In this document: piece after piece, positions 23,941 through 35,260 of the stretch
How positions within the stretch are numbered: position 1 is the first letter of the stretch
Layout of the letters: every line of letters starts with the position of its first letter
Source: Patescibacteria group bacterium
Lineage (GTDB): Bacteria > Patescibacteriota > Gracilibacteria > BD1-5 > UBA2023
Direction: 5' to 3'
DNA length: 64,000 nt
Assembly (NCBI GenBank): GCA_036171455.1
Contig: JAVHRB010000091.1
Span: 2,977 to 66,976, forward strand
Position numbers and translations under genes: made by a program
Notes under the pieces: generated by a model
The model's database searches: none
What the model was told of the DNA's origin: nothing
The model's input: the letters and a program-made list of their open reading frames with translations, nothing else

Positions 23941-25014
23941 TTATTTCCCGGCCTTTGCCGGTTTGGCAGTGTCGCTTTCGATGGCTTTCTGTGGCGAAAA
24001 GTCGTTCAGGAACACGATGCGATTCCGGAATATCGTGGCATCCGCTTCCTTGTCGTAGCCCGTAGCGCATTGGACTTCCCTTACGCCGGATTCCCGGAAC
24101 AAATCCTGGTTGTCCACGGGAACGGCCATGTTTTTCTCGTCCTGCCGGTTAAGGTAGCATTTTTTCAGGAATTCCGCAACGTCCGCTTCCTTCACCGATT
24201 CGCCCGGATAATACCAGCGGTATTCGATGGCGTTTTTCGAATACGCAATGCCGTACCCGTTCCTGGCGCGGCCACCGAACAGGTCGGGGTCGAAGTATTG
24301 TTTCACGGAATTGTCCTCCGCTTTCGAGTAGTAATCGGATTTCGCTCACAGCAACCGCTTCGTTTCCGGCGGCACGCGCGTCCCGCTTCAGTATCCGGCG
24401 GAAACGCTCGTGCGGAATCTCGCGAGCAGGTCGAAAGTGCTTTTCGGCCACGTGCCGGGAATTTCTTTTCCGGTCGGTGCATCGTACCCGTATCAGAAAA
24501 CGCCGTTGCCGTCCCGGGACATGGCGCCGTACAGCCGTTCCATCGTCACGTCGGGCGTTTTCGCGGCTTCGGCGTTCCTGTCCCCGGATTCTTTCGGCAG
24601 CTCTCATTCGTTGAAAAAGTACATGACGGTATATCCGGCATCTTCCAACCGGTAATCCGATTCCTTTTGGTTCAGGTATTTTTTGGAATAGGCCGTTATG
24701 GAATCCCGTATGGAAGCGTCTTGGCTTCCGTACGCTATAGCAATGGCTCAGGACCCTCCGGAATAGTACAGGTCGATTCATTTCAGCTTTTCTCCGATGC
24801 CGTCCGCTTCGGTAATCGCCGCCTGGTCCAATCATGCGGAATAAGGGTCGGCGATGCCCCGGAAGAAATTCCCCTTCAGGTCGTCCGACCGTATGACGGC
24901 AAAATTTCACAGACGGTACGCGACTCCTTGGATACCCGAATCCAAGCCCTTGCCACAAGAAGCGAGTACGAGAGGCAATGCGAGCATCAGTGGCAAGAAA
25001 AAATATTTTCGCAT
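23941..25014 (-). CDS. putative lipoprotein, 357 aa
   Basis: ATG 25014-25012. Same frame as fragment 23941..24306, with multiple TGA. Lipobox MRKYFFLPLMLALPLVLASC. Confidence 0.75.
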
Positions 25015-25026
25015 GGTATTTTTCGG

Positions 25027-26598
25027 TTATTTAACTTGGTAGGTGACATTCGTTTTTATCGCAGGCTTGCCGTCTATCATGTAAACGAGTCCGGAATAAA
25101 TATTAGAAGGAAGAATTATCCTGTCGCTCCGGTTTCTGATTTTCAATCCTTTGAACGGGGAAAATTCGACGATGTCAGGGTCGGTGAAGTACGTTACTAT
25201 GTTGTTTTCGTCCGTGCTTCCGGTTGAGTAAAGGATGTTGTTCCGAATGAGGAATTCCCCCCTCTTCGGGCTTAATGGACGATAATCGCTATTGCAGGTA
25301 CCGTTGAAATTCACATACATAGGTGGACATCATCTTTGCACGGGGCCTATGACTATCGTATCAAACGGTTTCTTGTCTTCTTGCAACGTGGAAAAAACGA
25401 TGCGCATCTCTTTTTTATCAGTTTCGTGTTCCAGCAAGTAAAAATCCCCATTTCCCTGTTTTTCCGTTTTCGCGATAGTAAGCAGTTTTTTTCAAATGGC
25501 CTGTCTATTCTTATTGACGTAGTCGGAAACGAGAAGGATATTGTTCATCGAATAAAAGTCGGAGTAGTTGCCGACGGCATAATCATAATCACCACCCAAG
25601 GTGTCTGTTTCATCATATTGTGGTGATATGCTGCTTACTTTGAGCAGGCTTAAAAAAGCCCCCGATGAGTATTTTGGTTTCCCGGGTTTTGGCGTACCAT
25701 ATAGGTTTAGTGCCTTCAAGATTTCGTTGTCGTCATATTCATTTTCCACCGACGGGATGGTACTACGAGAAAATACTCATGCCGAGCCGTTCAGGATGCC
25801 ATACGGCAATAGCCCGTACAATACGACACTGTCGATGCCCCTGCCCGAGAGCGTGAGCGATTCGCTTTTCAATTCCCTCAAATCTATATCCACCGTAGTA
25901 ATTTCGGCATCGGTGATTCCCGTTCCAGTTTTCATGGCGTAGTCGTCCTTTACTGTCGAAAGGAGCTTGTCGTCGTCGTACGAGTATCCGCCGATGCCGA
26001 TTGCGTAATTCGTGGCCTCTTTCACCGTGGTGGCATTTTTTACGGTTCCGAGCGGTACCGTATAGGATTTCCCGTTTTTGCGAATAGTCTTCACCTGCGT
26101 GTCGACGGAGATTCTTTTTACCCCGTCCACTCATTCCCGCTCGATTTTCGAATATCATTTGAACCGGTCTTCCAATACGGTGATGGAAGGTTCGGAAAAA
26201 AACGGCTGTTCGAACTGCGTGTGGACGGTACTGGTAGTGGAATCCTCGTAGGTAACGATTCCGTAAGCCAATCAACACATGGCAACCGCAATGGTTCAGA
26301 ACAGGTACTTCTTGTATTTGGCGTACACGCGATGGGCAGCCATGCCGTTTTCCTTCGTGAAAACCCGGTCCAATACCTTGCTTTTGACGAGGATGGAGAA
26401 TTTCGCGAGCGCTTCCTTCGCGAGGCTTTTGTTCTGCTCGGACAAAACGAATTCAACGGCATATTTGAAACCCCCGAAGGATACCGAGAATGCTTTTTTT
26501 ATCATTCTCGATACCGCCCGGAAAAGCTTGTCGAGAAAATCGTCGTCGTACGGATTGTAGGAATCCAGCGGTTCCTCCCGATTGTTGTTGAGACTCAT
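25027..26598 (-). CDS. hypothetical single-pass membrane protein, 523 aa
   Basis: Fragments 26296..26598, 25777..26130, 25492..25749 and 25027..25320 are in one frame. TM segment F-[TGA]-TIAVAMC-[TGA]-LAYGIV. Confidence 0.75.
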
Positions 26599-26607
26599 AA
26601 GTTGAAA

Positions 26608-27192
26608 TTATTCGGTTATTGCCACATTGACCGCGTTCCTGAGGCTTTCGATGTACTCCCTGTTCTTCGATGCGACTGCTTCTGACTCCGACGCGTTCGT
26701 CGTTACCACCAAGCTGTAGGTTTTGGAGCGTTTGTAGAGGTATCAGAAAACGAGAGCGAATACGACCAGCGCTATGACGACGGTTGAATCCTTTCATTTC
26801 GGCGCAAAATTTCAGCCGAACGGAGCTGCGAGGATGAAAATTACCATGAGGAACCGGAGGAACCTGTTAGAGGTTTTTCTGGCTTCTACCGACGATATAT
26901 TGCTGACCACGAACGTTTTCCTATCGACTATGAGCCGCTTGTTCGTAACGATGATTCTTTCGAGGTTTTTTACCGTGTACTCTTCCGCGCCCTTGGTGAC
27001 GTTGAAGAATTGCTGGTTGAGATTCTCAACGTTGGTAATGTTTTCGGCGTTCTGCGTTTCGATATTCGTGCCGCCGTTTTGGAGCGGTTCGTTTTTTACG
27101 GCCTGCGGGACAGGGGATATTCCACCGGCGACATCCCGATTATCGGGCATCTGTCCTTCTCCCGGGGCGTTCGGATTGATTTGCGTGTCCAT
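26608..27192 (-). CDS. hypothetical 2-TM protein, 194 aa
   Basis: Fragment 26812..27192 extends through three TGA to TAA 26610-26608. Hydrophobic segments FLRFLMVIFILAAPF and VVIALVVFALVF. Confidence 0.7.
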
Positions 27193-27216
27193 TGGTTGGT
27201 ATTGTTATGGGATAAT

Positions 27217-27597
27217 TTACATCAGCAGTACTGCGAGGCTTCCGACTCAGCTTCCTATTTTCACGAGCGACGAAACGCAGGTTCCGAGTCACTCCATCTG
27301 ACCGGTAAACGATTTGAGAAGCTTTCCGTAACTCTGGAACTTGTCCAAAATGGTTCCGCCGGCCGAAACCTCCGTTTTGAGTTCCGTTTCGGCTATTTTC
27401 ATTTGCCGAACTTGTTCGGGAGACAAGCTTCCGCTTTTTACGATATCCCCAGACAGGGTATCTATGGCTGAAATTATCTCTTTCCGTATTCGTTCCGTTT
27501 CCATAGTGAGGTTGAACGTGTTGCCAGAAACTACGTAATTCCCGTTCAGGGTTTCGATATTGCTTATTTGGGAAGCGTTTAATGTGTTGAATTGCAT
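27217..27597 (-). CDS. hypothetical protein with C-terminal hydrophobic tail, 126 aa
   Basis: Fragment 27289..27597 extends through TGA 27289-27291 and 27247-27249 to TAA 27219-27217. Confidence 0.6.
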
Positions 27598-27689
27598 GGG
27601 TTTGATATTTATATGATTTTTTTGCTTTGGTTTAGTTCCGGGCAGGCGATTCCCCGGACTTCACGTCAACCGCCACGGCCGCATCCGTA

Positions 27690-28265
27690 CTATCTCGCTT
27701 TCGCGGCAGAATTATACGCTTCCGCCAACCGCTTCCCGCTTCCGACGGGGTCCTCTGGAGACAGTAGTACGCCCGAAAGGTCGTAACTTCCTCTCCTTTC
27801 CGAATCTCCGGGCGCCATGAACAGGCGGTAGAACTCGTTCACGTCGAACCCGGGAACCCGTTTCCTGAATTCCCCCACGGCCGCGGATACCGCTTTTGCC
27901 AAGGGTTCTGGAACTTCCCGACATGGCCTTTCCGGGGTTTCCACGGTGCCGTCGCCGCAGCCCCGGATTTCGAAAACTCAGAAGCGTTCCTCGAAAAAGT
28001 ACGCTTCTACGGGCGGTGCCGAATTCAACCGCATCCTTTCGGGTTCTGTCGGAGCGGGTTTTTCCCGCATGGCGTCCGAACCCGTGTCCGTTCGCCCGTC
28101 CGTTCCGCCCCGGCTTGTTGAGAAAGGGTTGGGAGAATGTTCCATTACGCTCGCTTTCGGCATCGGCAGTCCCGATTGGGAAAACGAAAGCCAGGCCGCG
28201 ACGGCGAATGACGAGGCTGCCGCCGTGGCGACGAGGCTTTTTTTCGCGAGGTCTTTCCGTTCCAT
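27690..28265 (-). CDS. hypothetical secreted protein, 191 aa
   Basis: Fragments 27978..28265 and 27690..27944 are in one frame. Signal-like N-terminus KKSLVATAAASSFAVAAWLSFS. Confidence 0.65.
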
Positions 28266-28276
28266 GGGACGTTGGG

Positions 28277-29503
28277 TTATTTCAGTTTCCGCACCTTCTC
28301 CGTCTTCTTCGAAAACACGGCGTTCCCATCCTTATCAAGGGACGCTATCGCGTAAAATTCCCTTAAAGCCGGCAAGTTGCTTATGGAATGGAACGAAATG
28401 TACCCGTTCAACATCCCAAGAATCAGTTCCATTTTCTTCATCGCGTAAAAGGATTCATAATCCTTGAAAGTTTTCCGGTACTTCATGTCGTATCCCTTCC
28501 TCTCCGCCTCGTACCCTTCCCGTAAAACGATTACCTTCTTCAGGAACGCGTTCTCGTCCGTGCATCCCGCCCGCATCCCGTCGACGGTCGCCGAGACGTC
28601 CTCAAGGGCCTTCTCGAATCCCTTCCCAGGGAATTTGTCCACCCGCTCTCCCCCGAAGTACCGCATCAGGTAAATCGGCGTGTATTTTTCGTACACGTTT
28701 CTCCCATCGAACGTCAGATTGTCCCCGAAGTCAGTGAACGTGCCGGGGAACCAGTACTTTATCTCCTCGTCGATGTCCCGATATCCCTTCCCGTAGTATT
28801 TCTGCTTGAAGAGCGAGAGGAATATCCCGCGGGCGAGCTCCATCTGGTTCACGAGTATGTCGTATTCGTGGGTTATCCCGGTCGTGGCAAAGGCCTGCGG
28901 CGACTGGTACAGCATCATCGTGTCCCTCACCTTCAGGTAGTCCTTCACGAAATTCAGGTCCCGGGTCCCGTCGGCCTTGCGGTAGCCGGAGAAATCCGAG
29001 TAGGCGAACGTCTCGATGGCCTCGGGGCTGGAACTCTTCTTGAAGAAGCCCTTCGGCGGGTTCTTCGCGTATTCGAGCTTCCAGGAATTCACCGCCGACT
29101 GCCAGTTCCACCCTTTGCTGTACGGTCAAACGAGCCCGTTCTTGTCGTAGAGGAAATCCCCGTTGGCATCCATGGAGAATGCCCCTTTCGGGTTGTACAC
29201 CTTCCATATTTGGTCCTGGACTTCCTTCTGGGCGCGGAGGACGCGGTCGAAGGAGCCATCCTTGATTTCGTCGTTCCGGTACCAGCTCCCGTTCGGGTAT
29301 CCGAAATATACGGACTGGTCGAGTCAGAAGTTGGCGATGAGCCAGTCCACGGCCTTTTTCTGTTCCTTCCCCTTTTTGAACACCGGGGCGTCGTAGAGGT
29401 ATTTCGGGTATTCGGATTTTCGGACGAAGGGGGCGGCGGAAGCCGGTGCCGCGGATAGGCAGAGGAGCGAGAGCACGAGCAGGGCGGAAGCGGTTTTTCT
29501 CAT
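28277..29503 (-). CDS. hypothetical secreted protein, 408 aa
   Basis: Fragment 28277..29092 extends through TGA to ATG 29503-29501. Signal peptide MRKTASALLVLSLLCLSAAPASA. Confidence 0.8.
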
Positions 29504-29542
29504 ATTGAATGGATGATAAATTTATACGATTCTTTAGTATGG

Positions 29543-31006
29543 CTACCGTTTCGGATACGTGATTTTTCCGGTCAGAGCGTCAATGTATACGAGTTCTTTC
29601 GGAATCCTATGTCCCACCATCGGGAAACGTATGGTAAAATTGCCATACCACACGCAATTCTGTTCGTTACATGAGTTAACCTTTGTACTATCCCACTGCC
29701 CGTGATATAGGATGTAGAGGCTTTCAACCTTTTCCGTATCGTTTTTCGACAGTCAGTACAGTTCGAAGTTTTTTGTAATAAACAGCGGTTGTATGTATCT
29801 TGCATCCTTGTCCGTACACGAATCTCCAACATACACCGTCGCGTAATCTCACATTTCGCCTTTGCCGGGAACGAGATTTCGGCACGTGAGAAGGTAATCT
29901 TTTTTTATCGGGGATACTATGGACAGCAAAGTGCCGCCCGATACCGTCCTGGTGGTAAAATCCACCTTGTCCTGGTCATAAAGGGTCCTGAACGCGTAGC
30001 TTCCGCTTTGGGTTTTCGAAATATGCGCGATTTCGTTGAGCGTCGCAGTAGGACTGTTCTTGAGTCGACCTATGACTTTCTCTACCGTTTCGTTGAGCGC
30101 ATCGATTCGTTTCTCCTGTTCGGCTGTAATCTCCGGGCTTTTTTTAAGCTCGGCGACCGCGTCCTTGATTTCGAATGCCGTATCCCGTACCTGCCTTTCC
30201 ATCGTTACGTCCGCTTCCGCGGCGTCCGCGTTCGGTATGGCCGTATTTTTTTGCATAAAGGCGTAAATGGCTTCCAAGCTGTTCTCGAACTTATCAAGCC
30301 GTCCATCTATGGACGAGAGTTCTTTCTGTCCGACCCCATTCGATACGATATGGTTGTTGGAAACGGTAAACGACTGGGTAATGTTTCCCGAGGCGCTCTG
30401 GCCTTGAATGGAAACGCTCCCCTCCATCACTTCCGCTACGGGCTTTTTCGATTCCTGAATACTCCCCTTGGTGACCGAAGCCGCTTCGGGATGCTTGTCG
30501 AAAAACGCATATCAAGCTCACAGCCCAAGGACCAATACTAGCGCCGTGAGAATGTACCGAACGTAGGCGAGCCGGTCCTTGGAATCGTCCGGAAACATAT
30601 CCCTGCCTCACAATATCAGCTTTTCTATGGTTTGCAGTCATGATTTCCATATGGAATCCTTGGTCGGCTCGGAATCTTTCCGTTCCTGATGCCCCGGTTC
30701 GGTTTTCGGGATTTTCCCGTTCGTCTCAACCGGATTAATTTTCGGAAACAGGATTTCGTATTTTTCCTCGCCGACAAAGGATTTGAACCATGTTTCGAGC
30801 ATTTCGGGCGGATGGACCTTCCTTGCTGTCTCCATGATTTCCAGGGTTTCTTTTGGGGTCAATATCCCCGAAGACATGACCCGTTCTTCGAATTTGGACA
30901 GAAGGGATTGTTCGACTGCTTCGGGAACATTCGTTTCCACCAGGCTCGTTTCATCTTGTTCGGTTTCCCCGGTACGTTCCGGGGATTCGGTTATTTGTTG
31001 AGTCAT
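29543..31006 (-). CDS. hypothetical single-pass membrane protein, 487 aa
   Basis: Fragments 30638..31006 and 29849..30430 are in one frame, and the tail continues past TGA 29849-29851 to TAG 29545-29543. Acidic N-terminus, TM segment YILTALVLVLGLGAGYAFF. Confidence 0.75.
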
Positions 31007-31052
31007 ATTCTTTTTTTAAATGGATATGTGTTTTTGTATTTGGCTTCATAAA

Positions 31053-31337
31053 TTAAATGCCCTTCCTTTCGAAAAAGTACTTTTCGAAGGTTATCTTCTG
31101 AACTGTCCGTCAGCGGTCGGGATATACGTAGGCGACCCGCGACCTGAAATCCTGGAATACGGCGTCGCTTTTCCCCAGCAAGGTAGGGTCGACATCGTAC
31201 AGGAATACCGTTTTTGCGTTCCGGACGCTCGGTTTGTCCTTGGATTTGAACAGTTGTGCCAGAATTTGGAATTCGTTGGCATCGCGGTTATCTTCCAAAG
31301 GGCCATTCGATAGAATGACAAGTATGTTGTTAAACAT
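31053..31337 (-). CDS. hypothetical protein, 94 aa
   Basis: ATG 31337-31335 (MFNNILVILSNGPLED) within fragment 31110..31388. A 19-codon tail follows TGA 31110-31112, ending at TAA 31055-31053. Confidence 0.5.
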
Positions 31338-31428
31338 GGTATCGTTATGAATAATGGATAGCTCGCATGGGAAATGGTTTTCTCCCAAGCGGAAATTTCT
31401 AATCGGGCTCCCTTAGGCCGCCCCCTTC

Positions 31429-32103
31429 CTACTTCATGGCGGAAAGGCGTTCCTTTGCGCTCCAATACGAGAAAAAGAGCGGGGCGTATTTCTTGTTCGC
31501 CATCTTCTTCTTCCCCTTGAGCTGTTTCTCGAGGGAAGCCGCCAACGCTTCCAACTTTTTCCTATCGGTCACTTTCGAGACCTTGGCGATGGCTTTCTGG
31601 ACGGAAACGCGGTACGCGGTCATTGCCGGGTATACTTCGAGCGGCCGGAGTTCCCGATTGTCCATGCAACCGTCGATGCAGTTTACGAGCGATTCCCCGC
31701 CGTAGAAACTGCCGTTCGCCGGAGCGAGCCATTCCTTCTTGAGCTTCTTCAATACCACGTCGCCCCCGTGGAGCGAGGTGAAGCTCTTTTCCCACCGGAG
31801 TTCCGGGGAAACGGTCCGAATCGCCATGAAATCCTCCATGATTGCGGAATAGGCAACGAATTTGGAATCGTTCGGAACGCTGTTCTTGATGGCGAGCGTG
31901 AAGACCTCCCGGCCTTCCTCAATAAAATCGTTGGTGAGCATGTCCTTAGTACCAAGCGACCAGGGAGTGGTACCGCTCACGAACTGCGAGAAAGTCTTGG
32001 CGGGAGCCGTTCCCGCGTCCGCGAAAGCGAAGGATGGGGCAAGGCTGGCCGCGAGCATCGCGGCGGATACGAGGCTTCCCAGCAGGTGTTTTTTCTGCGT
32101 CAT
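31429..32103 (-). CDS. hypothetical secreted protein, 224 aa
   Basis: Internal ATG 32103-32101 of ORF 31429..32235 gives signal peptide MTQKKHLLGSLVSAAMLAASLAPSFAFA. No TGA needed. Confidence 0.75.
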   Translation of the reverse strand: MTQKKHLLGSLVSAAMLAASLAPSFAFADAGTAPAKTFSQFVSGTTPWSLGTKDMLTNDFIEEGREVFTLAIKNSVPNDSKFVAYSAIMEDFMAIRTVSPELRWEKSFTSLHGGDVVLKKLKKEWLAPANGSFYGGESLVNCIDGCMDNRELRPLEVYPAMTAYRVSVQKAIAKVSKVTDRKKLEALAASLEKQLKGKKKMANKKYAPLFFSYWSAKERLSAMK

Positions 32104-32173
32104 ACGAAAAAGAAAGGAAATAAAAAAAGCGACTTTTCGGAAGCCGCCGTTATTGAAGTTTTGCAAAACAATA

Positions 32174-32253
32174 CAGGCAGACATCCTCGTTGCCAAACGA
32201 TTAGAAAAGCCGTAGTTCGCATAGAACCCAGACATTCAATGGATGTCTGCCTG
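32174..32253. repeat. 13-bp perfect inverted repeat with 54-nt spacer
   Basis: caggcagacatcc (32174-32186) and ggatgtctgcctg (32241-32253), in the leader/promoter region of the 31429..32103 gene. Confidence 0.6.
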
Positions 32254-32360
32254 GTTTTGTTTCCTATGCGAAATGACCGCGGACGAAAAATCCGCGCATC
32301 GTAAATATTCCCTTCCAATCGTTTGGCTCTGTCAGTATATGCATGTTCCTTGGAAAAAGC

Positions 32361-32393
32361 AAAAATCCGCATCGAACCGAGGATGCGGATTTA
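32361..32393 (-). terminator. rho-independent terminator after the 32416..33141 gene
   Basis: Stem aatccgcatc / gatgcggatt with a 7-8 nt loop. T-run on the minus strand, A-run on the plus strand. Confidence 0.75.
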
Positions 32394-32415
32394 TCAAAGT
32401 ACCCTCCCGTGGCTT

Positions 32416-33141
32416 CTATTGGGGTTCGCAAGAAGGCACTTCGCAAACGAATTTCTGAGCCGCATCGACTCGTTCCAAGTATATCTCCCTTACGATGAAC
32501 ATAGCGACGGCTTCCCGGGCGTTCCGGAATTTTCCAGCCACGAGGTTCGCGTCTATTCCCTCAATCGTCGCCATCACTTCGTCGCTGGTCAATTCGAAGA
32601 ATATCTCTTCGAGCATGGGTCGAACGTATTCCCGGACTTCGTTCTCGGCTTCCCGGGTTCCCACTAGATTGCGAACGAACGGGTATCCCGATTCGAGAAT
32701 GCGTTTGTCCCGAGAGAGCGACTTGTCTTTCCTCTCCAATTTTCGGGAGTATTTTCAAACGGGAGTAAACCTCTGTTCCGATGCGACGTACGCCCGCAGG
32801 ACCAGCGTCTTCTCATATTGGAGGGCGAGCTCCATGCGGTACGGGATATCGTCGTTCCCCCCGGGTCAGGAGAACGAGCCCAGGAGCCGGGCAACGAGAG
32901 TGTTCGGCCGTTCCGACAGGGCATTTTCGACGGAGTAATTGGAAATCCCGTATAACCCCTGGGATTCGCTCACGTACGCGCCCGGCGCATATTCAGTCCC
33001 GGGAGGTTGCAAAACGCTGCCACGGGCCGGATTTCGGTCGTTCCATGGGGTTTCCGGAACAGAATATGCTTCCGCGCGGTACGCATACAGCACGGCGGCA
33101 ATAAAGGCCCATACGAGGACTGCGTTCAAAAATGTTTTCAT
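32416..33141 (-). CDS. hypothetical membrane-anchored/secreted protein, 241 aa
   Basis: Fragments 32866..33141 and 32416..32739 are in one frame, joined across two TGA. N-terminus MKTFLNAVLVWAFIAAVLYAYRAEA. Confidence 0.7.
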
Positions 33142-33208
33142 GTTGGCTTATGGTTAAAGGCTTTCTTCCGCAATCGTCTCTGTCAGGTGTCAATTTCCTC
33201 TACCGTAT

Positions 33209-33994
33209 CTACATCGCCCGTGCACCGTTCGGTTTGCCGAGATTCCCATCAATGCCTTCCGCCGGTTCCTTTTCCGCTTTCCTGACCCCGAACCCTTTCA
33301 GCGCCTTCCTGATACCCGGGTCCTTCACAGATAGCGGCGGGAAGAGCTTGCGGAGGTTCTTCCCGAGTTCCTCGTTTTCTTCCGCGGCACGCTCGTCGAG
33401 GAGTCTCATTTCCCGGGATACCCTCCCTTCTTCCGGTTCCGAAAGAACTTTTCAAAACCCGTCGGACAGGCGCAACATTATGACGTGTCATTTGAACGAG
33501 TAAACCTTCGCGTGTCACGGTTCACATTCCCTTTCCGGAAAAAGGTACTTGAAGCTGAAGTTCCCAAAGATTTTCCCGTCCGTGCCGCAAAGCACGTGAG
33601 CAATCCTCCTCCCTTCACCCGGGATTTTCTCCTTGTGTTCTCGAACTATGACCTTCGCGAAACCGTTCCTGAACGGATGTACGAAAACGACCGCTACCCG
33701 GTTCAACTGCTCTTCGCAAAACCGGAACCGGATGGGGTACCCTCCGTCCGGAGAGAGCCGGAACCCGAACCAATTGCCTTCGCTCCGGACGCGGACGATA
33801 CCGCATGAGTCGACGCAGAAGGTGCCTTCGTCCGCGAAGGGCGCGAGGATGTCCGACCAGGGCTCGTCGTCGTCCAGGAGGGCAAGGTAGAACGGCTCAT
33901 GCCCTTTCTTGTCGAGCTTCCGGACGTGCCAGAGGTAACCGTGTCGCCCGTCCTGGTCGGTCACGGAGACGATGCCTCGTCCGGAGTCGGCCAT
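33209..33994 (-). CDS. hypothetical protein, 261 aa (first gene of the cluster)
   Basis: Fragments 33515..33994 and 33209..33409 are in one frame, joined across TGA 33515-33517, 33488-33490 and 33452-33454. No signal peptide. Confidence 0.7.
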
Positions 33995-34089
33995 GCACCA
34001 GCTTTTGATGTAGTGTCATTTTATCATCCTGTCTGGAATTCAGGAATAGAATCGTTCGTATGCCATGGAATATGAAATTAGGAAATGAG

Positions 34090-34107
34090 CTAGGGAACGT
34101 TCCTTAG
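34090..34107. promoter_or_regulatory. 18-bp near-perfect palindrome (candidate operator)
   Basis: ctagggaac|gttccttag, 8 of 9 arm positions complementary. About 95 nt upstream of the 33994 start codon. Confidence 0.35.
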
Positions 34108-34462
34108 CGGTCATATTATATCCATACTCGTCCGTTTCAGTGCGGACGACCCCATTTTCTTCTATTACACCAACTTGTTTCTACCAACCCGATTTCCGTG
34201 AAAAAAATTCCGCGTGTCTGTGGAAAAGGTTGGGGTATTTTAAAAATTCCATTGTGGCAAAGGGAATCCGCAATTCCGCAATTCCGCCCCTCCGGTTTTT
34301 TCGGGCTCCGTGAGGATTTCACGGGACAGGCGGCTTTTCGGTAAAATAACCTCGCAATCCATTGCCGGTGCCGAAATCCGGGAAAATGCCGTGAAAGCCC
34401 GCGGGGAGCTCGGGAATCCGCCGGTATGAAAAATTATTGTCAATGACCCGGAATATCGTTTT

Positions 34463-34814
34463 TATGACCTTTTCGATACCAATTGACGCAATTATGGCGT
34501 TTTAGGTCATACGTATTAACGATAAATTAACTGTTTTACAATGTACGTTACGAAATGGCTCGATTTCGCATGTTTTCTCATTGGCAAGGCAACCAAACGG
34601 GATTTTTGGCTGGTTTGGCCGGGCGGGTCCGGAAATTTGACAATCCGGGGGTGGGACACGGGGATAGAAGCCATGGGAATCCGACCAGAACGAGCCCATA
34701 ATTTCCCGCGAAAGTGTATTTTTGAAAAAACAAGACCAGTACTGGAACAGTGGGGTTTTAGCGTATGACCTAAAACGACATAATTGCGGTAATTATGATG
34801 GTTTAGGTCATACG
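34463..34814. repeat. two ~50-bp palindromic modules built on CGTATGACCTAAAAC
   Basis: The 15-mer occurs at 34762-34776 (+) and 34499-34513 (-, perfect). A 14-nt copy is at 34801-14 (-), 13 nt of it a perfect inverted match, and a partial copy tatgacct is at 34463-34470 (+). Both modules contain an aattatg core. Confidence 0.8.
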
Positions 34815-34883
34815 TTTTTTCATCGCCCGACATCCCATCGGACCGGGAACCCGAACTCCCGCTTTCCCGTTTCTCCGGACCCC

Positions 34884-34912
34884 CGGAAGGCACGAAAAAT
34901 CCGGGCGGGATA
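34884..34912 (-). terminator. rho-independent terminator after the 35030..35260 gene
   Basis: Stem aatccggg / cccggatt, followed on the minus strand by ttttt. Confidence 0.6.
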
Positions 34913-35029
34913 CCCGGATTCGAGGAGCTTCCCAGCGGTTCGGGACGGGAAGTCCCAATGTCGGAACGCGTGGGAATGCCCGATGGCGGGGAGCGTGACC
35001 GATATCCTCCGCCATCCGATTCCCATTCG

Positions 35030-35260
35030 CTATTTCTTCTTGAAGGTCTCGAAAAACTCCCCGATGTCCATCCCGTCGTAATGGAGGATTTCCCCGCTCT
35101 TCAGGTATACCGCGAGGCTGGACCTCCCGAAAAGCGGGCTTTTGCTTTCGTAACGTATGATATTCTGGTATATGAGCCGGTCTTCTCAGACTTTGAAGGT
35201 CCGGCCCGACGGGGACGGTCCGTTCGAACGGTCGAACATGATTTGGGAAAACTGTGCCAT
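35030..35260 (-). CDS. hypothetical small protein, 76 aa
   Basis: ATG 35260-35258 to TAG 35032-35030 with one TGA (MAQFSQIMFDRSNG...GEFFETFKKK). Not in the ORF track because TGA splits it. Confidence 0.5.

Noticed and set aside
27217-27597. Flagellin- or pilin-like N-terminus (MQFNTLNASQISN...).
   Set aside because: The resemblance is limited to a few residues. There are no flagellar or pilus assembly genes nearby, and the hydrophobic segment is C-terminal rather than N-terminal.
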